Under the pieces are notes generated by a model. That model worked only from the letters and a program-made list of their open reading frames with translations. It was not told the DNA's origin and did no database searches. From Azolla caroliniana (lineage: Eukaryota; Plantae; Polypodiophyta): 64,000 nucleotides of DNA. The stretch lies in NCBI GenBank assembly GCA_043228905.1, contig JBHGNT010000008.1, forward strand, positions 9,300,001-9,364,000, read 5' to 3'. Positions 35,640-48,984 of the stretch are shown piece after piece. The translations under genes and the position numbers were made by a program. The first letter of the stretch is position 1; the number at the start of each line of letters is the position of its first letter.

Positions 35640-37000
35640 CAAATGGGTCTTCCGATACAAATATGTATCTTATTCGGAGAAGCCCAAATACAAAGCTTGG
35701 TTCGTCGCAAAGGGATTCAAACAAGAACATTGGGTTGACTACGACGATATATTCTCACTAGTAGTCAAGATGACCACCCTTCAGCACCTACTTGGGGTCG
35801 TGGCGACGAAAGACCTAGAGCTTGAGTAGTTGGATGTCAAGACGACATTCCTACACGGAGACTTGGAAGACAATGTTTATATGTCTCAATCGGCAAGCTT
35901 CACGGCGACGGGGAAGGAAGGTCACCTCGTATGTTGGTTGAAGAAAAGCCTTTACAGCTTAAAACAAGCATCGAGGATGTGGTACCATAAGTTCAACTCC
36001 TACATCAAGCAACTTGGTTACCGTTCATCCGACTCCAACCCATGTATGTATACTCAGCAACTGGCCAACGAGTCTCAAATCTATTTGATCCTTTACGTCA
36101 ACAACATGCTGATTGCAGGGAGCAATCAAGCCGAAATTGGAAAGCTAAAGCGGAGCCGTCATGAGAAATTTGGGATGAAGGAACTCGGACAAGCCCGACA
36201 TATATTGGGCATGAGGATAGAGCAAAATTGGAAGACAAAGTCCCCGGCTCTCCCAGTCCGACTACATTCTAAATATGTTGAGGCACTTCAATATGGAGAA
36301 CACAAAGCCAACATCAACTCCGCTACCGACGTCAATCAAACTATCGGACATAGACTCTCCTTCGACAGAAGAGGAGAGAAAGCTCATTGGAAAGATACCC
36401 TACGCATCGGCGGTAGGAAGTATCATGTATGCACATCTTTAGGTATTTAAGAGGAACCGATGATGTACAACTAACTTTCGTATCGGCAAATCCGACCAAA
36501 GTCAAAGGCTATACCAACTCCAACTATGCCAGAAATACGGATAATCGAAAGTCAACATTAGGCTACCTTTTCACCTTTGGCAGTGATGCCATATCATGGA
36601 GGTCGAAGCTTCAAGAGTGCATAGCTCATCTACAACAGAGGTAGAGTACATAGCAGCAAAGGAAGCAATCTGGTTGCACCAACTGTCTGCCGATTTTTCG
36701 GCAACAAGTCAAATCGAGCACCAAGCACCGACCATCCATAGCAACTCTCAGAACGCAATACAACTTATTCGAAATCCAGTCTATCATGCAAAGACAAAGC
36801 ACATTGAGGTACGGTTTCATCATATCCGAAACCGTGTAACAGAAAAGAAGCTTGAACTCCAGAAGATTGACACTGAGGTGAACATAGCTAATTGCCTGAC
36901 GAAGCTACTCCGAGAACAACGTTGTGAAGCACTAAAGAGTCTAAAGACAATGATGGGACTACAACAAGCAACCGAGCAGAAGAAAGCCGAACGAGGAGTA
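35640..37000 (+). mobile_element. Degenerate copia RT-RNase H (Tnt1/Tork-like, as 48985-54398)
   Basis: DVKTTFLHGDL, LKKSLYSLKQA, AISWRSKLQ and YHAKTKHIEVRFH motifs with frameshifts. Confidence 0.88.
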
Positions 37001-37719
37001 GAAGGTAAATCAAAACACGGCCCAATCAGACGAGTTGACAAGGTGAAGTCCATAGAATCGAAATGCCAACAAGCTAAAGACACAACACTGAACAAGGATG
37101 CTGATTAGAGTAGAGACGATCAAAGGGCGAACGAACCTAAAGACAGATCGATGATCCAGTGAGGAGCATAGGAGCAAGCAGGAGCGGAAAGCAGACGATC
37201 GACCCGAGGCCAAGAGTCAGAATCGGACATGAGCCAATCTAGACAAATGAGCCAATTCAAATGCAAGTCGATCCAACCGACTCAGACAAGCCAACCTGGA
37301 TGACATACATCCTGGACAACTAGCCGAATCAAGCTAGACCCCAATTGTACCTCTGCCGATTCGGCCATATGCCAACCGACTTGTAATCACAACTTTAGAT
37401 TAAAATTTTAATCTAGATTTATGGGGGAGATAACTCCACATCATCATATATAGAAAGAGAAGTCCTTTTATGAGGGAGTTTGTTGGCCTAAAAGGTTGAC
37501 TCCTTGTACCTTGTATCCTAAGTGTGAACATGTCCTTGAGCTAGGGCTTGAGTATATAAGCTCACCCTAAATATTATAACTTATATACTTCTTGAGTTCG
37601 AAGATAAATGAAACAAGTCTTACTTTGATCATACTCTCTCTATGTGTAATTCTTCATATCCTCTTACATGTTGTTCACTAAACTAATTGACAGGTCCGTA
37701 ATCATCTTCCACACCAACA

Positions 37720-39712
37720 TTTTCACATCTTTATCCATCAACTCCCAATGACTAGCCACAGGGTAGCTCAACAACCACCTCTTGGCCTAACAACTAAGGT
37801 AGCATTACAACCACCCCATGCCCTATATATAGAGGAGGTTCTCCTCATTTTCATTCATTCCTGACTTCTGAGTTCTACTCTCACCTCTTGTGAATATTGA
37901 AGTTCTCTCTTGTCCCTCCACATAGTTTTGGGAGTTGTCGCGCCTTGTCTTCGCTAAGTCTCGATTCGTCTTTGACTTTGTCGTGATGCGTCCGAACACC
38001 ATTTTTGGTTTGTCCCAATTTGGGAGTATTGTAAGCTTTTCTCGTGGGATATATTATAAATCCTGTTTTGTGTCCAAATTTCTATGTCCCAATCGTGTTT
38101 TTTGTGCATTTCGAGACAACTAACCGAGCTGTTGCTAGGACAAATGAAGAAGCTAAATTTGACGAAGACCAAGAAACGATTCTAGGATGAGAAACAACCC
38201 AAAGGAAGCTACAAGAGAGTGACCCCATGGGTGTACTTGGGGATAGGTGATTCCTTGATGCTTGATAGGTGGATCATCGACATGGAGAACCACTTGGAGT
38301 GATGTGGTATGAGCCACAATACTGGGTGGTGGTAGCACAGTCGTTTCTTGGGGAGGACACTCCCAAGGAACCATGAAGCAGGAGTGAGAGTTAGAGAAGG
38401 TTGAGATCAAGACCAAGATTGAAACGAGATGGAGATCAAGGAAGACCCAACTGAGGAGGTCAAACAAGAAAAGATAGAAGAAGAGATCGAGATCAAAAGC
38501 GAGAGTAAGACCAAGTAAGAACAAACCGAAGAGATCAAGCAAAAAGGAAAAGATGGAAGAGTTCCCAAAGCAAGAGCTCGGGATCAAGGTTCACAAGGTG
38601 GAGTGTGAGGGAACACCACCAACCAAAGTGGAGCCAAGGATTGAGAGTGGCTCAACAAAGGCGAGCTCGATCAAGACAATCGGGCTAGAAGTAAAGGAGG
38701 AAGGAAACCCCTCAAAAGGAGACAACCAAGAAGGAAGATACCGAACAGGAGGGGAGAAAAATGATCTCCCTCAAGAGGGAACCAAGAAGAAGATCCACCA
38801 CGACATAGAGATATCATAGTTGAAAGCCTAAACTGGAAGTGTTGGGTAATGTCTTGTGAGCTTGATGGGACTCATGCTTCATGGGATCCAACTGAATATG
38901 GTGTACTTAGGTCGTCCCAACTGGGAAAGAGTGCCAAACTTAATTGGGACTCACCAAGGGGCCCAATCCCAATCCCAAAGAATGTGCCTACCTTGGGTTG
39001 GAGATGCACCCAAGAAGTTCCAAACAGAGTTGGTTGAATTGGGACTCGCTGAGGGGCCCAATCCCAGTCCCAAAGAATGTGCCACCTTGGGTTGGGATGC
39101 ACCCAAGAAGTTCTAAATAGAGTTGTCATAGACCCAACTAGGGTTTTGGTTGGGACAAACCCAAGGAGTCCCAAAACAAAGTTGGGACGATCCCAAGTAG
39201 TCCCAAATAGAGTTGGGGCAATCCCAAAGAGTCCCAGACATAGTTGGGACTCTCCCAACGTCCAGCCACAAGGTTGCCCAACAACCACCTCTTGGCCTAA
39301 CATCGACAAAGCCCAAGAACCACCCCTTGTCCTATATATGGAGCCACTTCTCCCCATTTTCATTCATTCCCAACTTTTGAGTTCTACTCTCACCACTTAT
39401 AAATATTGAAGCTCTCTCTTCTTCTTCCACATAGTTTTGGGAGTTGTCCCAACCTCGTTTTTTGTTTGTCCCAAATTTGGAATATTGTAATTTTTTTTCG
39501 CCAACCCAAATGGGTACCTTTGTGTCGACTATAAATTGAACAAGAAGTAGAAGCTAAGTAGGCAGGTTTTGATCTCTTATGTGTATTTCACATATTGGTT
39601 AAAAAGGGTGTGCCAAAAGGGTGGCACAAAGGAACACATGCACACCACAATATAAATTTATAATATAAATCCTCTTTTGTGTCCCAATCGTGTTTTCTGT
39701 ACATTTCCAAAC
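37720..39712 (+). mobile_element. Old non-autonomous LTR element (TRIM-like): two diverged LTR-like repeats around a ~720-bp interior
   Basis: 37740-38118 and 39250-39712 share CAACAACCACCTCTTGGCCTAACA, CTATATAT, CCACATAGTTTTGGGAGTTGTC and GTCCCAATCGTGTTTT. The second copy probably starts at TGTTGGG 38840. Confidence 0.65.
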
Positions 39713-39760
39713 CCCATAAACTAGGGGCATAGCTTGGCCAAGTATATCAATTTAAAAATA

Positions 39761-40073
39761 GGGAAAAGTACTAGGATACCCCTGGAAGTTCGTCTATTTA
39801 CCAAAATGCCCCTGCAAGTTCTAAATTTACCAAACTACCCCTATGTCCAAAAAAATACACTTTATAAAGTAAGTACAAAGGACCCAAAGAATCGCTTCAG
39901 TAAAGAAATTTGTGTTTGAAGGGTATTCTGGTAAATAGGGCTTGTAGATTTGAGTGTATAATTACTTTATGAAGTGTATTTTTTTGGACATAGGTGTAGT
40001 TTGGTAAATTTGGAACTTCCAGGGGCATTCTGATAAATAGACGAACTTCCAAGGGTATCATGGTACTTTTCCC
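39761..40073. mobile_element. Mutator-like MITE
   Basis: ~110-bp TIRs GGGAAAAGTAC... / ...GTACTTTTCCC; perfect 9-bp TSD TTAAAAATA (39752-39760, 40074-40082). Confidence 0.92.
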
Positions 40074-40332
40074 TTAAAAATATCAATTTATAACTTATAA
40101 CATATTATTTATCACAATTTGAACTTTACAAATTCATTAAACAAATTTATGACACATTTCAAATATTATTTTGAGGACACAAATATTTGCTCTAATCGAT
40201 ATTATTAAAAACTCAGGTACAAAGAAGTGGGTTTATTAATTTCCCATCGATGAAGTTATATAAATAATATATTTATATATACATATGTGGATATAGTTAA
40301 AAGTCATAATTATATTAACATGCTACAAAATA

Positions 40333-43215
40333 TTATATAGGGAACATTTGGCCCACGTGGTGTGCTCTATGCTTTCGAAGACGATTGGCAATTATGAAGG
40401 CTAGTTCAAGGGACTGTGAAGCATTTAGACGAGGATCACAATGTGTATGGTAACGATTATGAAGTTCATCCACTTTGACTTCCCTAGAGCCACCTATACA
40501 CTCTGTGACATTTTGTCCCGTCATCTCCAAATGGACTCCACCTGCGTGGCTCCCTTCACCCTCATGCACATCAAAGAATGCTTGCACCTCATCCTGTATT
40601 ATATCAAAACGACGCCATGTAATTTAATACTTGATTTGTGAGGGAGTTGTATGATGATAATTCTTGTGAATTGTAAATATTCCAGCAAAAAATGTGCATC
40701 ATAATAGCTTGACCTTAGAAGCTCAAAAGATAGAATCTTACTACGAATGTGTTACTAGTTTAATAGTTGGGATGTAGGGACAACATTGAGATATTTATGA
40801 TGATATATTTTAATACAAGCCAAAACTACAAAAAGAATAGAAGTGGCCAAAAAAGCTTTAAGAATATTGTCCTTTGAAGAGGTGGTGGAACCACATCACT
40901 ATATTGTTTGTTTTTTTTCTAGTGTTCAGATGTTTTTTTCCTTGAGTTGATGTTTGATGGGACAACGTGAATACGAAAATTATGGGTTTACTAGTTAGTG
41001 TGGACAAAAACAATTTCCATAGGAATGAAAAATACGTTTATCAGTTTTTAAAGATAACGAAATTGGGGACAAACTATAATAAGCCTTGCACGTGGACAAT
41101 TGGGGTCAAGTTTGTATGAATAGATGCAAGTATGCATGTGCAAGTGGAAATGGAGAATAGTAAAGTTCCCAAATATCTACGAAGGATTTTTAATATATGG
41201 TTGATAATAAAAATAGATAGGAAATTCATTTTCACATAAAGAACATGCACTTATATTATCAAAACTTTACATTTTTAATGGTGTCCTAGCTTCCTTAGAC
41301 TAGCTTTGGCATCTTGCGTGAAGGAGATTCTTTTTACCCAGAAACATCATACAATTGCTATGTGCTCAAGACTAATGAAGTGTTATTTGCAACAAACATC
41401 TTGTTGGTGTTGGAATTCATCTTACCAAGATGGCTTTGAAAGGGCGAGTCTTGAGGCCAGAGTTCGGAACCATGATGGTGTTTCCATGCATGGGATCACT
41501 AACCCATGTGACAATAATGCCAGCCCCACGAACAGCTCTGATGAGGTAAGGAAGCTTTTGACGAAGTTTTTCTGCACCCATGCGGACAATGATGGTCAAC
41601 CGCCCTGGCTTATTCTCCGGATTGAGAATGTCACACACACGCACAAGCTCGGCTGGATCCATTTTGTCACTCACCTAGTGTTGTACCAAAAACAACACAC
41701 ACTAACATGAGTTTCATTACAATATTGAGATTAGTGAAACTTTTGTAAGTTCTTGGATAAAAATTTACCTTTATACCAAGGGGATTAGCTACTCCTCTAA
41801 GGAACTCGATGTGAGCACCATCCAATTGTCTAGTGCGCTCACCGACCCACAACATGTGTGCCGAGCAATTGTACCATCGGCCTGTCGTAGAGTCCAACCT
41901 TGTTAGGGATTGTTCATACGGGAGTAGAAGACACTCATGTGATGTCCAAAAGTCAGTCGTCGTCATGATCGGATGGTCAATAGTGAGTCCCATTGCAGAC
42001 ATGAACCCTAATGCCTCGTCCACACGCCTTCCGAGCTCGATGTATCTACAACAATTTTTAAGTTTTAGGCATTGTTCCTTTTGGGAATTATTTTTTATGA
42101 TCTATAAGTTTCAAAACAATGATTGACCACCAATAGGTCACGATAATGAAGGACATAAATGCCCAAGCAATCAACTAGGGCACAAGTCTTAATATACCTG
42201 TAGCCTTGGTCACTTTGCTTTGTGAAATCTAAGTTCCATTGAGAGACTCTTTGCATAGCTGCATAGCCACCGCTTGCAAAGGAGCGAAGAAGGTTTAGAG
42301 TGGCAGCTGATTGGCTATAAGCTTTGATCATGCGATCCGGGTTAGGGGTGCGTGATTCGGGATCGAAGGCATCACCATTGATAATTTCTCCTCGATAGCT
42401 TGGGAGTTTAGTGCCGTCGCGAATCTCAAAGTCATCAGATCGTGGCTTGGCAAATTGGCCGGCCAGGCGCCCAACCTACAAAGATGCAAACCACAGTTAC
42501 AGAAATTAAAAGTAATATCTTAGGCCATCAACGTGGTTAGTGACTCATTATAGGTGACAACAATTGGGGTTGGGGGGTAAACCTTAATATTTTTCTCGAC
42601 ATCACACTAAACATAGAGGTGCACCTTGATAACCGGCATTTGTCCTCCGAACATGAGGACTGCGGCCATCTGGAGCATGACTCGGAAGGTGTCGCGGATA
42701 TTTTGGGCATTGAATTCCCGGAAGCTCTCGGCGCAGTCGCCGCCCTGGAGGAGGAAGGCGCGGCCGAGGGCCGCGTCCGCGAGCTTCTCTTCGAGGCAGC
42801 GCGCCTCGCCCGCGAAGACCAGGGGAGGGTAGTCGGCCAGCGTGGCCTCCACGCGAGCCACGTGGTGCGGGTCCGGGTAATTCGGCATCTGCAGGGCTCT
42901 CTTGGACCTCCAACTGTCCACACTCCAATCGCGGATGGCCTCCCCCTCCGTCACCTTCACCGTCACCGCGCTATCATTGCTCTCATTCTTCTGATTAATG
43001 TAAGTTGCTGGTGGTGCATAATACGCACCTCCAACATTGGCACACACTCTGCCCATCTTCTTCCTCCTTTCAACATGTGTGCCCCCCCCCCTCCTACTAA
43101 CGTTATGATGAGTTAAGAGTGATTTAGAGGAGCCAAGGGAGGAGATGCAATCTGTATGAGAAGAAATGCTCTGCTCGCATGAAGACGTCATAGGCATTGC
43201 CATAGCCATTGCCAT
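40333..43215 (-). CDS. DHS: Class II DAHP synthase (phospho-2-dehydro-3-deoxyheptonate aldolase), plastid-targeted, 551 aa
   Basis: Exons 43215-42625, 42475-42198, 42045-41769, 41674-41426, 40593-40333 (1656 nt, GT-AG, in frame). Motifs [50 protein letters not shown] and CDPRLN. Ser-rich N-terminal transit peptide. Confidence 0.97.
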
Positions 43216-43222
43216 ATCTCCT

Positions 43223-43224
<2 letters not shown>

Positions 43225-43268
<44 letters not shown>
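43225..43268. repeat. (CT)n microsatellite just upstream of the DHS start codon
   Basis: About 20 CT units; further (GA)n tracts at 43644-43695 and near 1995-2060. Confidence 0.9.
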
Positions 43269-43271
<3 letters not shown>

Positions 43272-43643
43272 AGTGGAATTTCAAGTAAACTTTGCAGACT
43301 CCTAAGTAAGGGCTTCCCCCCCCCCCCCCCCCACCTTTATTTATTGGTCCCTAACTGACCATGGTTAGCTAACCCTGGTTTAAGCTGCCCACCTCTGGCT
43401 TTTAATTAACCCTGGTTACTTTACCTTTTCCTGGTTTCGGCCCTCGGGCTCCTAAAAGCCTTTTGTTTCTACTAGATTTTTCCACACATAAAATATCTTC
43501 AGTTTGTTCCTTGTTCATTCCTATTTATTTCTCTTCGACATGAGATGAGAAAAGCCAACCACACTCTATGAGAGCGACAACTATATTAACTTCTTTTAAA
43601 AGGCCAAAATGGCCCATGGGTCCAAAGTAGAGACACGCACAAC

Positions 43644-43695
<52 letters not shown>

Positions 43696-45338
43696 TTTGG
43701 CACATGTCTATGATGCAAATGCACAACCCTAACATTAGAATTGTGTGAAAGCATGAATCCCTCAACCCTACTTACGTCACAATGTGCAATGCTGTCAAAC
43801 ATGTATGACGAACATTGTGCCAAACATCCAAAGTGTCCTGTAGTCGAATATTTATAGTTGTGGATCACACAACTTTCTTGATTGCTAACTATGACAATAA
43901 CTCTAATTGCACACAGATGTCAATTCTTTGCATGATTCAAACTAGTAATGGCACATTTCCCTTCAAACAATGATTTTTTATCCTTCCCACCCCGTTCCTA
44001 TTGATCATTGATCATTACATTACTTCCACCTTTCTTTTACCTAAAAATTAATCCCCTAGTGCACATCATTGTCGTTAACTCTTTGTCTGACCCAACCTTG
44101 TCTACACAATAATTGGCACACATAATACGTTACCACCTTCCAATCAATATCCACACTTTACCAAAATTACGAATAAACAATCATCATCAGTCATGTGCGT
44201 CATTACTCCTTCCAAACATGGCATCCAAACATATAGCGCACGAGTATTATGCACATAGAGATCCTAAAGACTAAGTCATTGAGCCCACCTCACTTGATGT
44301 TTGAAAAGATCAAAGGAAATCCGCGTGGTTTTTTATTTATTTCTTTCTTATTTGCTTACTTTTGTGGGTGTATTTCTCATAAACGTACCATTATTGTCCA
44401 AACTCTAAAACCTATATTGAGCTCATTAATGATATACAAAGGGTATTTTGGGAATTTGTTGCGTAAGTTCTCTTTAATGAAGGAATCAACATTATATAGA
44501 TACAAACAAATTATCTTTGTAATTCAAATTACATGCAAGGAATGTAAGGATATTTTAGATACGTCTAATATGAAAACATGAGGCTAATTAAATCGACTAT
44601 ATTTCAAACCAACTAATTGGAAATTGTACTATGCTCTTCATGATTTGGACTATGTTTCAAGTTCTATGAGCATAATTTGTATATGTGCATGGTAAAATTG
44701 TAGCATTGGGTTTGCTCTATTGGGATATATTGAATTAGCAATGTGTTCAATCTTATCCCTACATGGGGAACAACCCTCATTTCAAGGGCAACAACAACAT
44801 ATTGAGATATCACTCCATCAATAACCAACACATGTGGTTATTGAAAATTGTCTATTTGTGTTCTAGATAAATCCTTCTTTAATTCCTCAAAACTTTTCTT
44901 CTACGTATTGGTTGTTGTGCAAGTGAATAATTCCATCACATTACATGTATCACAAATGCATATAGTGTTTCCAAACATTGGTATCTTTATATAGCTCTCT
45001 TTTTATATTCCTTTGTCACTATCATCAATACATTATTTGATTATGTAACAGTGTCATTCATTAGTTGTAATGATTCATATGTGACCCATGCATTGTAATT
45101 CATTCATCTTATAGACAAAATAAGTTATTGGCTATCAGTATGAATATTGCTTGCATGGAGAATTTGCTCCATACAACCAAGGGAATATTGGTAAATTGTT
45201 CACTATGTACATTCAGGAATTAATTAATTGAACATCAATAGTAAAAGCATAGCACTTGGCATAAAGTTCCATATCTATGCACTTGAAGGCCTATGATTCC
45301 TCTTCCGGTTCCCTTATAAATATAGATTGCCATGCCAC

Positions 45339-45865
45339 ACATATCCCCAACTAATACTATGAAAAACTAGGTTTATAGCCTAGTGCAAAGTTAAGTTGAA
45401 ATCCAAATAGAAAACAACCATCTTAATATTTCTACAATGTTTTTAAAACAAAAAAAAACACCTTCATGATTTGGGCGATGTTTCAAAGCTAAGAATCGCT
45501 TATTATTGTAGAAAACATATCCCCAACTAATACTATGAAAAACTAGGTTTATAGCCTAGTGCAAAGTTAAGTTGAAATCCAAATAGAAAACAACCATCTT
45601 AATATTTCTACAATGTTTAAAAAAAAAAAAAAACACCTTCATGATTTGGGCGATGTTTCAAAGCTAAGAATCGCTTATTATGTAGAAAACATATCCCCAA
45701 CTAATACTATGAAAAACTAGGTTTATAGCCTAGTGCAAAGTTAAGTTGAAATCCAAATAGAAAACATCCATCTTAATATTTCTACAATGTTTTTAAAACA
45801 AAAAAAAACACCTTCGTGATTTGGGCGATGTTTCAAAGCTAAGAATCGCTTATTATTGTAGAAAA
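45339..45865. repeat. Tandem triplication, 3 x ~175 bp
   Basis: Units start ACATATCCCCAACTAATAC at 45339, 45515 and 45689 and are nearly identical. Confidence 0.93.
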
Positions 45866-46689
45866 TGTATGTAAAATGCAATGTAGTATTGATGCACTTT
45901 TGAATGTTCTTCAAATATCCTATTGAATATTATTGAACACATTTGAATGCTCAATCCTCACCATCAATGAGTCCAAAATGGTTGGTTACTTGATACTTTA
46001 TGCAATAGTTGAGCTTAAAACAATAATGTCAACATTAGAGATTAACATCACAAAATTTCATTGAGATATTTTATTACAAATCATCATTGAGGATTTAGAT
46101 GTCATTTACCTTAATTGTGGTGTTCATTCTCTTAATGAAATATCTCTACCAATTTTATATTTTAAATATCTCATGAATGCGATTGTTCATTTTTGGCATC
46201 TTACCTTAAGCGTTGAACTATGAAATGCTCACCATAATCAAGTAAAAATTCTTAATTCTTTTGCATATTGTGTTATGTATCCTTCATTCTTAGACTTCAA
46301 ATCCAATGTGTTGTTTTGCCAATGTATGAGAATGGTTACTTATGTTGGTTACTTCTCCCAAACCCTACCCCAACCCCTTGCCAACACGCACACACACACA
46401 CATACATTGGCATGCACACATGTCATTTTCATAAAGTTTTGGCATCTTCCTACTTTCATTAAAACATGTAACGTTTGATGGTAGCGTGAAGCTAAAAGTC
46501 AAGAACTTGTTAGGCTTGGTTAGAAACACAAGCAAAAGCATTTGGAGGAAGGGGGTGAGAAGGGGCGGGGTGGGGCACATCCATTAAATCAATAAAATTG
46601 CGAGAATCAATCCATAAACATGATATTGTCAACTCCAATAGGCTTTTTGTCTTCATATTTTGGCTATTGTCAATTTCTTACTAAATAAT

Positions 46690-47340
46690 TTGAATGTGAG
46701 TGTGCATCATGGACAAAAAACTAGTTATCATGGGGGTCAAGGAAGCAAAGCCATCCTTGTCTTCCAATTTACGACTACATTGGGTCGCCACATTCCAGAT
46801 TCTCAAATAGCCTGAGAGCCGGCTACTGCAAAGGTATGGGACACATATCATGTTCCTCATACAACTATCACTACGTTTTGGCAGAAACTCTGGAAACAAC
46901 AACACACTAGGCGAATTACCACATTCCAATGGTTATTAATACATAAGTCACTACCGGTTGGAGCGTGGGAGCGTGGGAACCTTAGCTCTTGTAATTGTGT
47001 AGCATGCCCAAATGCAACAAAATCAACCCGATACACCCTGTGGGACTGCCCAAAGACCCATTGAATATGGCGGGGGGTTGGCCGCCTATTGCAATTATGC
47101 CAAGTGCAAGGCATAATCAAGTGGGGAAATGTATGTTGGTCATCATGGCAAGCCCCAATTGACAGGTACGAACATCAGGAGGAGGGGAGGACTTTGGTGA
47201 TAATACCACAAGAGGTTCTTTTTTCCACCATCGACAATATCCACTCAACTCCTATTAATGCTAAATCTCAAGTTGTGTTGGATTTTGTCAGCCCAATAAC
47301 TCTTTGGACTCTATGGAAACAATGTTGTAGACCAATGTTG
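46690..47340 (+). mobile_element. LINE 3' fragment (Cys/His region)
   Basis: Collinear homology with 57010-57560, e.g. CAAGGAAGCAAA.CCATCC and ATCAAGTGGGGAAAT; TLWTLWKQ.C motif. Confidence 0.8.
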
Positions 47341-47589
47341 GGCAAAGTTTATAAGCCCTACCGGAAATTTTCCTGTTGCTTATGATCCTAACCGGAAATT
47401 AAAAAATTTAACCGATCACTTTCCTAATAGTGATAATGTCAACCGGAACATGCTAAATTTTTTTTACCACATATCCAATTTCTTTTAGCACAAGATGAGG
47501 TAGCAACATAGATAGAGGACATTATATGAAGCAAATATGCTCTCCCCACCTCCTTACTTGCTACAACCTCTACAGGGTTGAGGTAGCAA

Positions 47590-48400
47590 CATGGAGATGG
47601 TGAGATTTTATGTTGATGACATAATCTTGGTGTCTAAATCTTATGCAAGTATACAATATCCTTGTGAAAAAGGGCTCATAGTAAACCTTGGAAATACTAA
47701 GGCCATGATCCATACATCCACATTGACTTTCTAATATGTTGTCTTCAACCTATCAAGAGGGCATGTTGAAGTGGTGGGTTCTTGTCTATATCTAGGGGCC
47801 AAAATTATAAGCATAAATGGGCATTTATCTATGAATACGCCACCATGGATAAACTCACTTAAGGATATGCAACTTAAATTGGCAATCCTTGAACTTTGGC
47901 ACACTTCCTCCCTTATCCTGATGTATGATGCAATGATATGGGCTTTAAAACGCCCCATGTACATATGGACATAGAGAGTCCACTAATCATTATGTTGTCC
48001 TAGATAATATATATCAAATTATCCACTTCCAAATGAGATCATTTGAGTTCAATTGACAAAACCCTCCCCCCTTGATAATAGAAGCATTGTTCCATCAGTC
48101 CAAAACAATCACCGGTACCACTAAATCCATACATACCAGTTATGATTTAGTGAGTTCTAACATTTTAGTCCAAACGTTGTTATTGCTAGCTCTCACAAAT
48201 GTGAAAAAGGTCAAGGTAAAAGAATGGTACTACAAAGAAAAACAAATATACAGAAGATAAACATGTGGATATTGATAGTTATGTGATCAATTTAGGAAAC
48301 TAGCATACATATTATTTTTCATTCACTACAAAATAAACAACTATGCAAGAAAATTACTCCTTACCACCCCCATGATAATAAAAACTATAGAGGCTAACGT
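47590..48400 (+). mobile_element. Highly degenerate non-LTR RT remnant
   Basis: YVDDIILVS at about 47610, GLIVNLGNTKAM and YLGAK-type fragments. Confidence 0.5.
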
Positions 48401-48984
48401 CAAGACTAGAAGCAAGGATGCTCAGGAGAAGTGACAGAGGACAAAACGGGGACTAATAGCCTTACAATGATTCCAATAGAGATACCCGTCATGTATTTGG
48501 ATCGCAGGACACGTCGCCCCGGCCAAACATGAACTTAGCATGGAGGAAAAGGAAATATATGACATGGAGTTTCATGGAAGCATGGCGCGATGGATTCAAG
48601 TAGGGGACAAAACCACGAAGGAATTCTTCTGCTCCGAAGGCCCGAGGCACGCTAGAACTGTGATGCGCAGCCTCAACCGAGAGGATGGCGACGAAATGAG
48701 GAATATTGCCACATTATAGCTACAGGGGAAGACATAAGAGAAGATATTATCCTCCAAAGCATACCCGAGAAAGTCACGCCGGAAATGAATACATGGCTCG
48801 TGCGTCCCCTATCAATCCTTGAGATATGGGAGGCCCTCACTGATTTAGATGCCAATAGTTGCCCTGGAATCGACGGCCTCATCCCGCACTTTTTCACATG
48901 CCTTTGGGACACTATTAAAGAAGACCTCCTCCAGGCATATGAGGAGATCATCACCTCTGGAAGCATGGCGGAGGAATTTGGATA

